A stretch of DNA of 64,000 nucleotides from Trichosphaerium sp. ATCC 40318 (taxonomy: Eukaryota > Protista > Tubulinea): NCBI GenBank assembly GCA_038496445.1, contig JALMLS010000340.1:62001-126000 (forward strand), read 5' to 3'. Below are positions 1 through 12,473 of this stretch, piece after piece. Position 1 is the stretch's first letter. Each line of letters starts with the position of its first letter. The notes beneath the pieces are model-generated. The model was given only the letters and a program-made list of their open reading frames with translations. It had not been told where the DNA came from and did not search any database. The translations under genes were made by a program, and so were the position numbers.

Positions 1-50
1 ACGTGACTGTCACTTAGTTTAGTATTTTTAACTAGTTTTTATTTGAATAG

Positions 51-585
51 ATATTTTTGTTGGGCTTTCTGCTAGGACCAATCAACATGCTATTGACCAA
101 ATGCAAAAGTTTTTTACGGAGTGTGATGTGGTCGCTATACCTGTGACTCAAGGTGATTAACAAGAAATATTAGCTTGGGTCTAACACAAAGATAAAACTA
201 GGATTGCATCTAAAGTCTGTAATGTCGCAATTTGATTTTGACACTGTTTGTATTGCTGATACACCACTTGGTCGCGAAGCAATGGCTGCTATAACTAAAT
301 CTAATAGTAGCTACAAATTCGTTGTAGTGAAGGACGTACTGATGAGTAATGTATTGAGGTACGCTTTAAAAACAAACGATTTGACTCCAGTTAATGTTTT
401 TTAAAAGAATTCAAGACACGATTGTTATGCAATCAGGATATCCCGATAGCGCAAAAATCATAAGGAAAGCGGCAGAAGAACGTAATTTAAACGTTGTGGA
501 ATTCACGTACAATGAATTTGAAAAAGTGGATGGGTGTTTGTCGTGTTGTAGTATTCTTCTCAAAAAACCAGAAAATAAAAAATAG
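51..585 (+). CDS. DDAH: Dimethylarginine dimethylaminohydrolase (amidinotransferase family), 3' part; 5' end lies outside the window
   Basis: Spliced reading: IFVGLSARTNQHAI...IPVTQG|LHLKSVMS...EFEKVDGCLSCCSILL. It contains the DDAH motifs GLSxRTN, LHLKS (catalytic His) and DGxLxCC (catalytic Cys). Two short GT-AG introns. Confidence 0.88.
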
Positions 586-710
586 AACTTACTTTATTTT
601 TTTTGATAGTTTTTGATAACAATATGGATAGATAGATATTTTAATGTTTCTCCGCTTTCTGCGGTCATACACAAGTTGTATCACGATTTTTTAATGGCTC
701 AATTTCGTTA

Positions 711-3130
711 TCAATCGTAGACAGCCAATGGGATTTTGTAGTGCGCAACGGTACTGGAGGTGGAGGTCTTCATTTCGAACTTGATGCCATAAACGAACTT
801 GTGCTCCAAAGATACCATAGCAAACGCTTAACAAATTATTTAGATTAACTACCTCGCGTAACAATTACTACCTTTTGCAACGTATGGTTCCTTGTCGAAT
901 ACGGATGGATAATCAAGTGGAACCAATGGTTCAGTTGCCGTATAGCCGATTTCTCTCAAGCCTATTCAAAAAAACTCCGTTAGCTTGTCACAAAACTGGA
1001 AAGAAAAAAGACGTACTGTTCTTATTCAAATTGCCACCACTTCCTTGGCTGAAACTTATCTCGACAACGCTGGCATCATAGCGATCTTTACTCTCGGTAA
1101 CCTGATAAAGTCAAAAAGCTGCAATAACTATCTTGGGCTTACCCCGTAAGAAAGGCGAGAAGCGCAACTGGTATCATCACACTTAAAGTACTTGGTGATT
1201 TCTTTGCTCTTTTCGAGATATGCCTTGGTCTTCAAGTAGTTAGCTTCCATAGGACCATTGGTATAAGTAACAGTGATGCTAGTGGTCTTGCTCTTATCGT
1301 CTTCAAAAGTGATACGTATCTCCAAAGGACATGGGAACATATCATGTGCGCTGTAAATTTAATTTTAGAAAAATTGGATATTAACGTTGCAATGACTTAC
1401 CGGCGTTGAGGGACAAGCATAGGCTTCTTGATATTGATGTAACTTCTAGTTGCTACTCTTTGTCCGACACATTTGTAGTTTGTGTACGGTTTCTGGTAGT
1501 TCATGCGGTAGTTGTAGAATCCACTCTTAGCTAAAGGAAACAAAGGTGATTAGTTTTGAGAAAAAACGAGGAAGGTTTCAGGTAGTACATCCGGCTGTAG
1601 TCTCATCGAAAGGTTGCCACTCTCCTTTTTTATCTTTGTACTCACTCTTTATGTTCTTCAAGCAAGTTTCTTTAACCTCTCCACTGACCTAACGTAACTG
1701 ATTTAGTGGATAGTACAAGACGACTTAAAATCTAGGACGTACAAGGAACTCGCAGTAGAAGGATTGGTCAAATTTTTCATACCCACCTCTTTGCTCAGCG
1801 AATACCTCATCAATCTGCTCAAAAACGAGTGTCGATCCTCCCTAGCACGTGTTAGATGAATCAAGTATGAGTCTTTGTGTACTGAAGACTTATTATCGTT
1901 GAAATCGTTTGATTTGGTTTTTTTAGGAGGATCAAGAGGAGGCTAGTAGAACTTGTCAGATGGCCAGATAACCTTTATGCTTGACGTACATCAGTGATAA
2001 CACCTCCAGTTGAAACATCTTTTGGCATGTCTACCTTTACGTCTGGGGCATTCCAGGACTTTTGAATGAGCTCTTCCTTACCAGGAGCGAAAGGAGAAGT
2101 ACTGAAACTGATTTGCTGAAAACTATTTTAGAACAAAAAAAAATAAAGTTGGTGTCTTGCTTCTACAATACCTTTATAAGCGGTTGTGAGTCAGCGCACA
2201 CCTTCACGGCCAATTGAATAGCCTCAACTTTCTCCCCTTTAACTATGAAGGAAGCTTCGGCGAACCAAGTGCATCCTTCCTTCTTACCACTACAAAAGTT
2301 TAACAAGAGTGAGTTTACATAGGCAACTTCACTGAAAAGTTGACTGGTCTGCGCTTTAGGCGAAAAGACCATAGAAATTGTGCACTATGATTAAAAATTC
2401 GGTTTTCGTACGGTTTTTGTATGCGGCAAACTTGTAGTTTTCCTTCTTTTGCAAAGTCAGTGAGGCTTGCTTTGTTAAAAACTTCAAGTCTTTCACGATT
2501 TTTTTTGTTGCCAACTGAAACATAGATAGAGTTATGCTCGTGTAGACCTACTACAGCCCATTTATATTCACTGTCAACAAAGTCCCATACAGATACTTTC
2601 AACCATTCATCTTTAAGAAGCCTGGAATAGGGTGTAAGAAACAAAGGGGAAAAACTTTTCAAAGTTCACACGGAAATCACGGAAAAACGGCTGAGTTTTT
2701 TGTTGAAATTGGAAACTTCAAACAAAGCGTTGGGGAGAATACGTACGGTTCTTGAAGGGTTACCCAGTCAGAGTAATCAACGACTTGTAAGACATCATTG
2801 TCAGCTACAACTGAGTCTATAGGGTCAAAAGCGTTGAGCAAGAAGCCTTGGTTGGTTAGTTGTACGAAACGGAGGCTTTCCTAGCTTTTTTTAGTTCTGG
2901 GTAATGTCAATGTACTGACAGCGCGTAATAGCGCTTTTGAAAGCGTATTAAGCATAAATATAATTTGCTCGTGTCTTTCCTTTTTGAAAATAGCGTTATT
3001 GACGTACGTTTCCAGTGTGAGAACAGAACCTGGAAGTTATAGTCTTAAGGAGAGAACCAACGTTCTTCTTCTTGTGGTCTTTGACTGGTATCACCAATTT
3101 TTCCTTTTGCCACGCTACAAATACTCTCAT
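711..3130 (-). CDS. Multi-exon protein with N-terminal Par3/HAL-N (DUF3534)-like ubiquitin-fold domain; remainder unassigned
   Basis: ATG at 3130 gives MRVFVAWQKEKLVIPVKDHKKKNVGSLLKTITSRF...QGFLLNAFDPIDSVVADNDVLQVV, resembling Par3 and histidase N-termini. Exons link ORFs 2315-2662, 2163-2372 and 1128-1340, and the gene ends ...HYKIPLAVYD*. Confidence 0.6.
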
Positions 3131-3736
3131 ATTGCGGTTTTGTTTTCACTGATGTAGTACACTTGCAAATGTATTCAATTGGGCTGACTTATCCGCTATA
3201 AGACTTAAAACTCCTTCAACAAACCCACAAAGCATAGACACCACGATTTTTGAGGTATTGGTGTAGTTGGTGAACTGTTAAAGTTAAAACCGGCCAAACT
3301 TTCAAAAAAATACCTCTACGAAACACTACTACGCGCAAGCATTCGCAACTATAACTTTTTACTTTATTCTACAACGGTTGCGCGGAATTCGAAAAGTCAC
3401 GTCTATGGAACTGTATCAATGAACGCCAAAGCAATTAATTACCTTTAAGAATAGGCTATTGCCTGAGTTTCTATACTATTTGATTGCAACAGTTCACTTC
3501 GCAGTGTGATCTGATTCCTTTATCGGTGCGCTGCCCCACTAAATTTGTCGTCAGTATGCGCTACTTCCTGTGTTGCACAACGTCTTATTTTGGCTGAAGG
3601 TGATTTAAGTAAGGATCAAACTGTTTGAATCACAACACCACACAACCGAGTGCGAATTTTCCATTGTTGTGGCTCGTAGCGAATCCTATAAATTCAAGCA
3701 TAAAATTCAGTTTTTTACAAGCTGACATTTCATGTC

Positions 3737-6068
3737 ATGGCAGCCACTCTAAATCCTCTCTTGACTACAATAAGCGTTCCTTCGTCTCTTTTTACAGGGA
3801 TACGCGGTTTAGGAGGTTATACAGTAAGAAATCATCTATTCATTGCTTAAATGGCGTATTAACAAGCTTCAGGTATACTGTATTAGTGTTCACACCAAGA
3901 CACCAACGGAAGAAACCAAGGATGTACTAGAAAGGCGCTACACGCACTTTAATGAACTTCACACAAGCGTACGCTTCAACTCTTTCCATCGGGCGACTTG
4001 TGGAAATTCAATCACCACGCCACGTACAAAACGAAACGCTGACATATGTAGCTATGCCAAGACGTGCCGGAGGTGCGCAAGTATGAGTTTCCACCAAAGA
4101 GGGTGCTTCTCAAAAATGGACAGGTGAGTGTTTTTCTACAATACCACCGTAAACTGGTGGCATAAAATCAAACAAACCGTGTGATAACTGATAGCAACGA
4201 AAAATTCGTGTTTCAAGCAAAAAAACAACCCGATCACTTGAGTTTACGTTTTCTCCTTAGGAGTTTGTCGAACGCCGGCGACGTATGCTGGAAAAATATC
4301 TCCAACGTATATTCTACCTACATGCAGGTACATTGAACCAGATCTCTCGCTGTAATCGAACTAAACGTATTTTCTTAAAAAAGTAAGAGAACACGCCACA
4401 TTTCGTGTATTCATGTCATACGGAGATCTTCATGAAGGCTTCAGTACGAACTACAAATACCAAACAAAGCGCCTTTCAGCAGTACGTTTTTTTTTTCAAA
4501 CTACGCACGTGATATTTCAATATGGCTTACGCGTCGCTACAAGGTGTCAAGGGTAGCCAGTATAAATCAAGAGATAGACGCATTTGAAGTTATTACAAAA
4601 GATCCGTTTTACACCCATCCTAAAGTAACAGCGGCACGCAGTTTTCAGTCCAGTACTCCTGGTGACTTGAGCGTCAATGCAGGTACGTTATCATGAAGCT
4701 TCTGATCCATTAGTTAACAGTTGAGCAGGACAAGAAATAGCAGTAATAGAAGAAGGCCAAGACTTTTTTATTGGTATGATACGACGATAACAGCATTTGC
4801 TTGAGTTTATTTGGATTGAATAGTTAGAGAATTTAACAAGTTAATTTAGGTCGACTTGAAGATGGTAGCCAAGGAAGAGTACCTTCATTCGTTACAACAG
4901 CAACAGCCACAAAAGTAGATGAACCACAAACTTATACATATGAAGCTGTTGATGTTCTTGACGAGGCAGTTGCCATGTCTGATTATTCTGGAGAAGGATG
5001 TGATCATAGCTCAGCTATATGCTTCAAACTTGGCGAAATTATTAAATTGTATGAGTGGGATGATAACGAAGAATGGTGCGTTTCTCGATGGCTATGCATT
5101 TACTACAATTTTTTCTCCCTTTATTAACAAGCTTGTGCTTATGTAGGTGGCTTGGTAGCGTTAATGACGGCAATGTAGGATACTTTCCAAAGTTCTACGC
5201 AAGGCGGTTAGGACCAGATGACTATGAGAACGATTGGTATAAACCAGACATTTGCCAAGGATACACCTTTGACAGTGTCACTGAAACATGGATAAACCCT
5301 GATAAACCATCCTCAACTAGCCAACAAAAAACCAAGAGTACACAACGGATACCAAGGGAAGGTACACCAGTTCAGGCAAGTGAAAAGATAAAGTGGATTG
5401 TGTCCAAGCCAAAACAACAAAAGCGAGGCGGAGAAAGGAAAAAATCACCTGTACTACTTGCTCGCAAGAGGTCAGATCCTAAACCTATCGCTCCTATCCT
5501 ATCAACTCCAAATACAACTATTGATTCCGTTGAAAAAGACAGCGCAGCAACACAGATGGAAGGAGCCACTGAAGACCAAACCGCCCCTCAAAGCGATTTT
5601 GCTAGAGCTTTATCAAACGCAAAAATTAATTTGACACGTCAGGAGGAACCAACAACAACTGTAGCAGTGACACAACCCCAAACACCCCCAGCACCTCAAA
5701 AAGTACAAGAAGAAAATACATTACCGCCAGTCCCAAAAATCGAAGCTCCACATGGTTCAGATGACAATGAATTTGGTGACCTCCCACCTCCTCCTTTACA
5801 GCCTCCTGTAGCTCCACCAGTATCTATTTTGGCGAGTGTAAGTCTTCCTCAACCTGTATTGGTTGCGCCACCAGTAGAGAAAGACGCAAAAGTGGGTCCC
5901 ACACAATTTAAAAAGCGCAGCGCATCAACATTGCCCAAACAAAAACCGCCATCACCAAGAACAAAACCTAGACGGCCTCTATCCACATCAACACGTGCTA
6001 TTTCTGTAAAGAGGCCAGGGCTCAAACGACCCAAGAAGAAGGCACCTGTTGCACCACCAAGGCAATAA
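3737..6068 (+). CDS. PX domain + two SH3 domains + basic/proline-rich tail
   Basis: PX: GYT|VYCISV...ERRYTHFNELH...FPPKR...FVERRRRMLEKYLQRI. SH3-1: AARSFQSSTPGDLSVNAGQEIAVI...GRVPS. SH3-2: AMSDYSG...FKLGEIIKLYEWDNEEW|WLG...GYFPKFY. The tail contains PPPP and KR-rich segments. Confidence 0.85.
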
Positions 6069-6331
6069 TACAAAAAAACTTGTACTATTAAAAAAAATTG
6101 TGAATAAGAAAACTGCATTGCTGTTCTCTACTACAGGAGACCAGCGATTGAAATAGGTGGAGTTGGGCGTTCAGAAAAATTTTGCGAAAAGGTGACCCTT
6201 CGTGCTTCAATTCGCGTTAATTTATCATGAGCGTACTACATCTGCTGTATTATAGTGGTATACGGGTTTGGAGCGTTTGTGCCGTTTTAGGTAACTTAAC
6301 ATTTCTGCTCAATATTCAACAATCCCGCAAT

Positions 6332-8880
6332 ATGTTGAAGCTACTACTGTGCTTTGCTTGCGTGCTTGTAGTCTGTTTTGGCGCTGGTTGCAACAGTAAT
6401 GTAGTACGTAACCTCTAAAAGCAATTAAAACTACGTAATAACGCTTTGCATAGCCAAGTTATGGCCCTCCTAACACTGCTCCAATCCTTGATGGCAACTC
6501 AATAAAAAAATTGATTACAACAGCAGCTAATGGTAAATTGGTGCGTTACAGACGTAATGAAGTAAAATTAATTGAAAACTAGTACTCTGTCACCACACAA
6601 AACGATGGCAACCCACAAACTTACGATTTAATTCATGTATGGGGTACGTAGAACAATAACAGCGCATTTACCCTGGATTAAATACAGCAACACTCAACAA
6701 GTTTTTTTCAACTTAATTTCCAAAACACGCCACACCACATCACTGTACAGCTGCTATGGTTGGTGTTACAAAGCCAAAAATTTTTCTCTTTTTTGCAGAA
6801 CATTCTTTTTCAGCTTTCTTTCAAAGCACGTGCGTTGTATGGGCTGAAAAAAATTGATATGGGCACGGTAGGATAACGTGCTTTGATGTCTATAAAAAAC
6901 TTGAAATGTGTTTCTTTCTTTTTAGTTTGTGTTCACGTACTTTTGTAAAATCTCGCTAACAATGCTATTAGGTACCCCATACGAGATGGGATTCGCCCAA
7001 GGAACGCTTCTCAAATCTAAAGTGGACACTTTTATCACTACTGTATGGGCCTACTTTGAGGATCAAATAGAGCAAGTTATTCCACTCCTTCCAAAATGGC
7101 TATCGAAGATTATTGCCGACGTTGGTATGACCCTTCTATCTTTTCGTGTTAATTCAAGACTGAACTGACTCTAACCTGTTTCAACAGGTCTTGATGCTGC
7201 TCTTGACTTTACATACTATGCATCTCGTGGTTATACCGACAAAGCAATCTACGCTGAAATGAAGGGTTTGGCTGATGGTGAGCGCTTGCTCTATAATAAT
7301 TTTTGTGCTCATTGCCTCCTTAGCTTCTGGCGCTGATTACAATACGATGGTTAAGGTTCATATGATTGCTGGACTCACACAGGCACGCGACGATTAATAG
7401 TTTGTTTCATTTTCTTACCTTTATACAGGGTGCTTGCTCCATGTTTGGTGCTTGGGGATCTGCTTTAGGTAATGGCACAACCGACTTACTTCAATTGCGC
7501 GCTTTAGATTGGGATATGGATGGTACAAATTGTTTGTATGTTGTAGCTAAGTCTTGTCGACAGGTCCTTTCCGTGACTTCTCCGCTGTCGTTGTCTATCA
7601 CCCATCCGAGGTACAATCATATCTACTGTGTGCTATATTGTATTAAATCGAGCCAAAAAGGGTGGACACAAGCACGTGACTGTTGGTATGACAGGTTTTG
7701 TTGGTGCCTTGACAGGTGTTTCAGAGACACAACTTGGTATGACTCCTCTACCCGCCCTGGCCATCTTCTGTCTTAACAGTATGTTCAAGGTATTTCAGAG
7801 ATTGGTGTTACCTTCCCTGACGAGACTTTTGGCGAAATGAGCCGTATTGGTATTCCTTTTATCGTACGCCCTTGATTGTTTTGACGGTTTTGTTTTGATC
7901 TTCGTACTTAATTGGCTTTAGTTCCTTCTTCGCGATATCCTTAGATACGACAATACTGTAGATGATTCCATTAACCGTATGGCAAATGCTAGACGCACAT
8001 GCGGTACTGTGAAGCACGTTATTTTATATACACTAAATACTAAGTTTAGATTTAATTCTTGGTGTTGGCGATGGTAAATCGAGCACTTTCAAGGGCTTTG
8101 AGTACTCCTATTCTACCCTCAACATTTTTGACGACAAGAACATGATGCCTTACAACGAAACATGGCACCCTAGAATGGATGACGTTGTATATTGGGGCAT
8201 GGACTGGTACGGCCGTTTATTTATAAAACCGTTAATCGAAATCTTTTGTGATTTATTATCAATTTTTTGAATTTGTGGGTGACTTTTCCTCTCCTACAAT
8301 TTTACCCCAAAAAACAATTAAGACAAAAATATAAAACCGTTAGGGTAACGCATTGGTTTTTTTTAATTTACGCCTCGTTTGGGTTTTTATAAGTATCTGT
8401 CCTGACCTTACTTTATTTTAGGATTTGTCCTTCTTTTAACTTGGTTCTATCTCAACAAATCAAAAAGTATTATGGTAATCTTACACCAGTGAACGCTCTT
8501 CGTTACTTGACAGCAGTTGAGAAATCTGGAGATAACCGTACGTCTTCGAAAAACTCCAAAATTATCCAGAAAATAATTTTTTTGGATTAATTTTTTTTCC
8601 GAAACAACAAAACAACTAACGGTGCTCAAGATCTCGCTTTTTACGATTTAACGAACATGGACATGTGGATTGCATTTGCTGCACCTCATGGCGTTGGTGG
8701 TACGTTGAAAGATACCATGCCCATCTCTGGAAGTTAACGACATTCCTAAACTTTTCTTCTTTAACATACCATCGTTCTGAATGCAATGTAGGAAACAAAG
8801 CCGCTTACGCTCGCCAATTCACTCGTTTTGATATCAACGCATTGTTCAACGAACCCCCACCAACTAAAGCGTTGTTGTAA
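6332..8880 (+). CDS. Secreted/lysosomal Ntn-hydrolase, acid-ceramidase-like (Dictyostelium Dcd1-like, peptidase C45 fold)
   Basis: Signal peptide MLKLLLCFACVLVVCFG; HVWG|TPYEMGFAQG; AEMKGLADG; autocleavage nucleophile G-A-C-S-M-F-G-A-W-G; LQLRALDW; multiple short introns. Confidence 0.82.
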
Positions 8881-9338
8881 GGAAAAGATCGTTGTAATAA
8901 AGCTCTTTTAACGCGACCTGGTGTTTGCTTTTTTTTCCGTTTTTCCATCAATTTTTTGGCCTTGTTTGTGAAAAAAAAGAAATAACGTTGTGGGAACCGT
9001 TATGTTTTTTTTTTCATGTATACCCTAGTTCACGCATACGCTCCAAAAAACGCACTAAGACGAATACAGCAAATATTGGGAACAGATGTAAATACTTATA
9101 GAAAAGGCATACGTGCTAGCGTACCCGAACGCAATGCAAGCCAATTTACGTCACCTCTACCACCTATAGGGTAAGTTTGAGAGGTTTGCAAAATAACGCA
9201 TTATTACGTTTTTCCGGAACTAATTTAGCGTGCCTTCGCACGTGATTTGAAGCGACATTCGACGCACAGGAGAACACAATACAAAAATCGCGAATTTTTG
9301 AGTAATATACAAGGTATTACAATTTCTACCAGTTCAAC

Positions 9339-10340
9339 ATGCAGCAAACAACACGTCCTCGCGATAGCCACTTCCTACCATACCCTGTAGCCAATCAATA
9401 TACCTACACGGTACCAACAAGACAATACGAACTAAAAAGGCTGAAGAAGGCACTAAAGGAAGTACAGGCGCTACAACATAGGTTTTTCGACTTGCCTTTT
9501 GAAATAATTTGTGTTATTTTGGCATATCTGAACGTAGATGGGGACAGGTGTAACGCTTCTCGATCGTGTTCAATTTTCGCACGTGCTATCCGCGAAGTTG
9601 TTGGTGTTTCAAATGTTTTTGTTGGGAAGGAAACACTGGTAGCTAATTTGCCTAATTACAAAGGTATTCTAACACGTGCGCGTGTCAAAGCAACTTACAT
9701 GAAGAACGGTTATTTCTTCAAAGGTGTTAAAAACATTGATCTTCAAGGATGTAAGCACGTGACGGATGAAGACGTAAAATGGCTTGGAGGTGTTCATACA
9801 ATAAATCTTTCTCGGTGTTACAACGTAACTGACGAAAGTATAAAAAGACTGGGAGGTGTTCACACTATCGATCTACGAGGTACAAAGGTAACGGATATTG
9901 GACTCAAGGCTCTTGCTGGTGTACACACGATACAACTTGGTAGAACTAACATTACGGATGATGGCATAACAGCTTTGGCAGGTGTTCACACTATTGCCTT
10001 GACGTGGTGCCGAAAGATTACGGACGCAGGCGTTAAGGCGTTGGCCGGGGTACATACGATCAATTTGAGCAATAATATCATCGCTGATTCTGGCATTAAA
10101 GCGCTCTCTGGAGTGCACAAAATAAATCTTTTTTCTTGCCAAAATATTAGCGACGAAGGTGTCAAAGCGTTGGCGGGTGTACATACTATCACGCTTGCTT
10201 GGTGCAGAAACATTAGTGATGTTGGCGTTAGGGCTCTTGCTGGGGTTCATACAATAGACCTTCGAGGTACATCTGTAACGCCACATGGCATGTCGGCCCT
10301 AGAAGGTGCTCACACCATATACAGACCTTTGAATGATTGA
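9339..10340 (+). CDS. Intronless F-box + tandem short leucine-rich repeat protein
   Basis: F-box FFDLPFEIICVILAYL...ASRSCSIF, followed by about nine 21-22 aa repeats of the form LAGVHTI.L..C..ITD.GVKA in one uninterrupted 333 aa ORF. Confidence 0.88.
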   Translation: MQQTTRPRDSHFLPYPVANQYTYTVPTRQYELKRLKKALKEVQALQHRFFDLPFEIICVILAYLNVDGDRCNASRSCSIFARAIREVVGVSNVFVGKETLVANLPNYKGILTRARVKATYMKNGYFFKGVKNIDLQGCKHVTDEDVKWLGGVHTINLSRCYNVTDESIKRLGGVHTIDLRGTKVTDIGLKALAGVHTIQLGRTNITDDGITALAGVHTIALTWCRKITDAGVKALAGVHTINLSNNIIADSGIKALSGVHKINLFSCQNISDEGVKALAGVHTITLAWCRNISDVGVRALAGVHTIDLRGTSVTPHGMSALEGAHTIYRPLND

Positions 10341-10377
10341 AAGTAAATAAAACACTTTGACGATCATATTTGTTTTG

Positions 10378-10387
10378 GTCACGTGAC
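10378..10387. promoter_or_regulatory. Palindromic GTCACGTGAC E-box (matches the CLEAR/bHLH-ZIP consensus) about 180 nt upstream of the GPCR start
   Basis: Exact 10-bp palindrome in the intergenic spacer. Function is inferred only. Confidence 0.3.
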
Positions 10388-10563
10388 TTTACCCTTTTGT
10401 GCCGAAGTTCTGTTTACTTAATTTTAACGGTTGCTAACGCGTTAGGAGGAAGATGCAAAATTGACAACATTTCATTTCTGCTTTGACATTTCGCACTTTT
10501 TGACATGCGGTTTTTGGATTTGGTCGTGCTTCTTCCGTTTGCCTTTTTTTAAAACCGCTTCAG

Positions 10564-12192
10564 ATGACCGACTACAGCGAGATTTTAGGCTACATAACAG
10601 ACGTACTCTTTGTACTATCTATACTGGGTGCTCTCTTTACGATTATCTCATTGTACGATAATCAAATTTCCGTTTTAATTACCACTTACAAAGCCTTATT
10701 TAGTACCCTCTTCAGTAAGATTCGAACATATCCAATCAAGGCACCTCAAAAACTGAAATTTATAAAAAACTCGTCTTCTGATTGTTTTGAAAATTAGTTA
10801 ATTATTTACCTCTGTGTTACCATATTCTTTGGTCAGCTAGTGTTTTTGGGAGGGTGCGGGATAATTATTTTTACTAACTTTTTTTATCACGTGCTTATAC
10901 GTTGAAGATTCTCTTATGGTCTGGGAAGCAAGATGTGTGCGGCGATAGCAGCAACAATACATTTTTTCTTCCTAGCGTACGTCTGTTCAATTTTATTTAG
11001 TAGTCAAGTCACTATTGCTTACTTTCTTCATGTTTAGTAATTTCTTTTGGTACGTGCACCCTACTTTTATACAATTGTGTGATCAGATTGGACCCCGTGT
11101 TTTTTTACTTAATGGAACTGTTTTATTAGGTGCTTTTGTATTGCCTTCAACTTTTACCAAGTGCGAGAACCATTAACCACAAAAGCTTTTGAAAAATAAC
11201 TAACGATTTTGTAGATGATTGTAAAGAGGAACAGCCGTACCAGAGAATTCGAAAAGTGGTAAGTACTTGAATTGAATGTAATCTAGTTGTAATGACGCCA
11301 TTTTAGGTACCACATGACAGGATGGGGTTCGGCTATTCATTCCTCATTTTGGTGTTAATTTTTTTAGGCATCCCTTTGCTATTTATAATCGGTGTTGGCT
11401 TGAGCAGATCTTATGGACAAACGCTGCAAGGAACAGAAGAAGATCCACATAGAGGAGCGTAAGCACAAAGAAACACAGAACTAAAGCGCCTATACTGAAC
11501 GATTTATAGATGCTACATCAGGAGTGGATTGGCTGTTTTTCTTTCGTTTTTCCTTCCTGGACTAATAACTATATCTGCAAATGCGGTACATAACTCTTTC
11601 TATCTGTTTGCATTTGTTGATGTCCTTCTAAGGTTCTGTTCTTCTTTGTCGCCTCTGAAATTCATGGTACTCTATCAAAGGCTCCTGAAACCGAGCAAAG
11701 AGAGAAAACAAAGGTACTAACCTTATTTACCTAAAATCACGTGATTCTCTGACAAGTGAACGAAGGAATTCCGTGTACTAGTGAGTATCTTTGTAACAGT
11801 TGGACTTACCTGGGTATTCGGGTTCTTAGCGGCTGTTTTGGCATTTTTACCAAACACAACGATACCTGCAGATATTTTCGAGTTCTTATTCGCAGTGACA
11901 ACTCCTTTACAGGCACGTGTTGTTCGTTTCTATTTTTTTTGGAAGCCACTTTTTGTGCTTTTTGTACTTGTTGGATTTTTTTTGACATTGTGTTTCTCAG
12001 GGTTTCTTTATTTTCGCGGCATACTGCATCAATAGGAAAGTACGCAACCAGTGGATCAAGTTTTTCGGAAAATGTTTCCCATGCTGCAAGGTCGAAGAAA
12101 AATCTACTACCAGCTCTGCTACCTTCTCCACTCGTGGAAATACCACTTCTGAGGGAGGTCAAACATCTAACTACAACTCAGAGAGAGTTTAA
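10564..12192 (+). CDS. Seven-transmembrane GPCR, family-2 (adhesion/secretin)-like, without ectodomain
   Basis: Spliced TM segments: LSILGALFTII; CAAIAATIHFFFLA|NFFW|CFCIAFNFYQ; YHMTGWG|IPLL; C-Y-I in ECL2; VGLTWVFG; TPLQ|GFFIFAAYCINRKVRNQW. These match the 7tm_2 hallmarks HYFFLA, GWG.P, GLTW.FG and LQGFFIF. Confidence 0.85.
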
Positions 12193-12473
12193 AATTCGTT
12201 ATAATCGTAGTTTGATGTCTTATAGCTCTAATAAACTACTCTTGTTATTAAAAAAAACCCACAAGTTCCAACTGAACAACCTTTTTCTTCTGTTGGAAAG
12301 GTAATAACTTACAGATAAAAGTATAATCGAGAATCATTCAGCCGGCAGTATTTCTTTGTGTGCACAAGAAGCAATGAAAGTGCATGTCTGGTCAGTCAGG
12401 AGTGGATTGTGGTGATTGTAAAAAATGGCAAAAAGACGCGGTTTCTTCCAATCAGACAAAGAAAAAATGGAGA

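Noticed and set aside
6840-6890. TPP-riboswitch-like words (GCTGA, TTGAT, GGATAA) in an intron
   Set aside because: The spacing and P2/P4/P5 pairings of the TPP aptamer are missing, and the host gene is unrelated to thiamine.
9669-10286. Several minus-strand ORFs with repetitive translations
   Set aside because: Antisense shadows of the LRR repeats.
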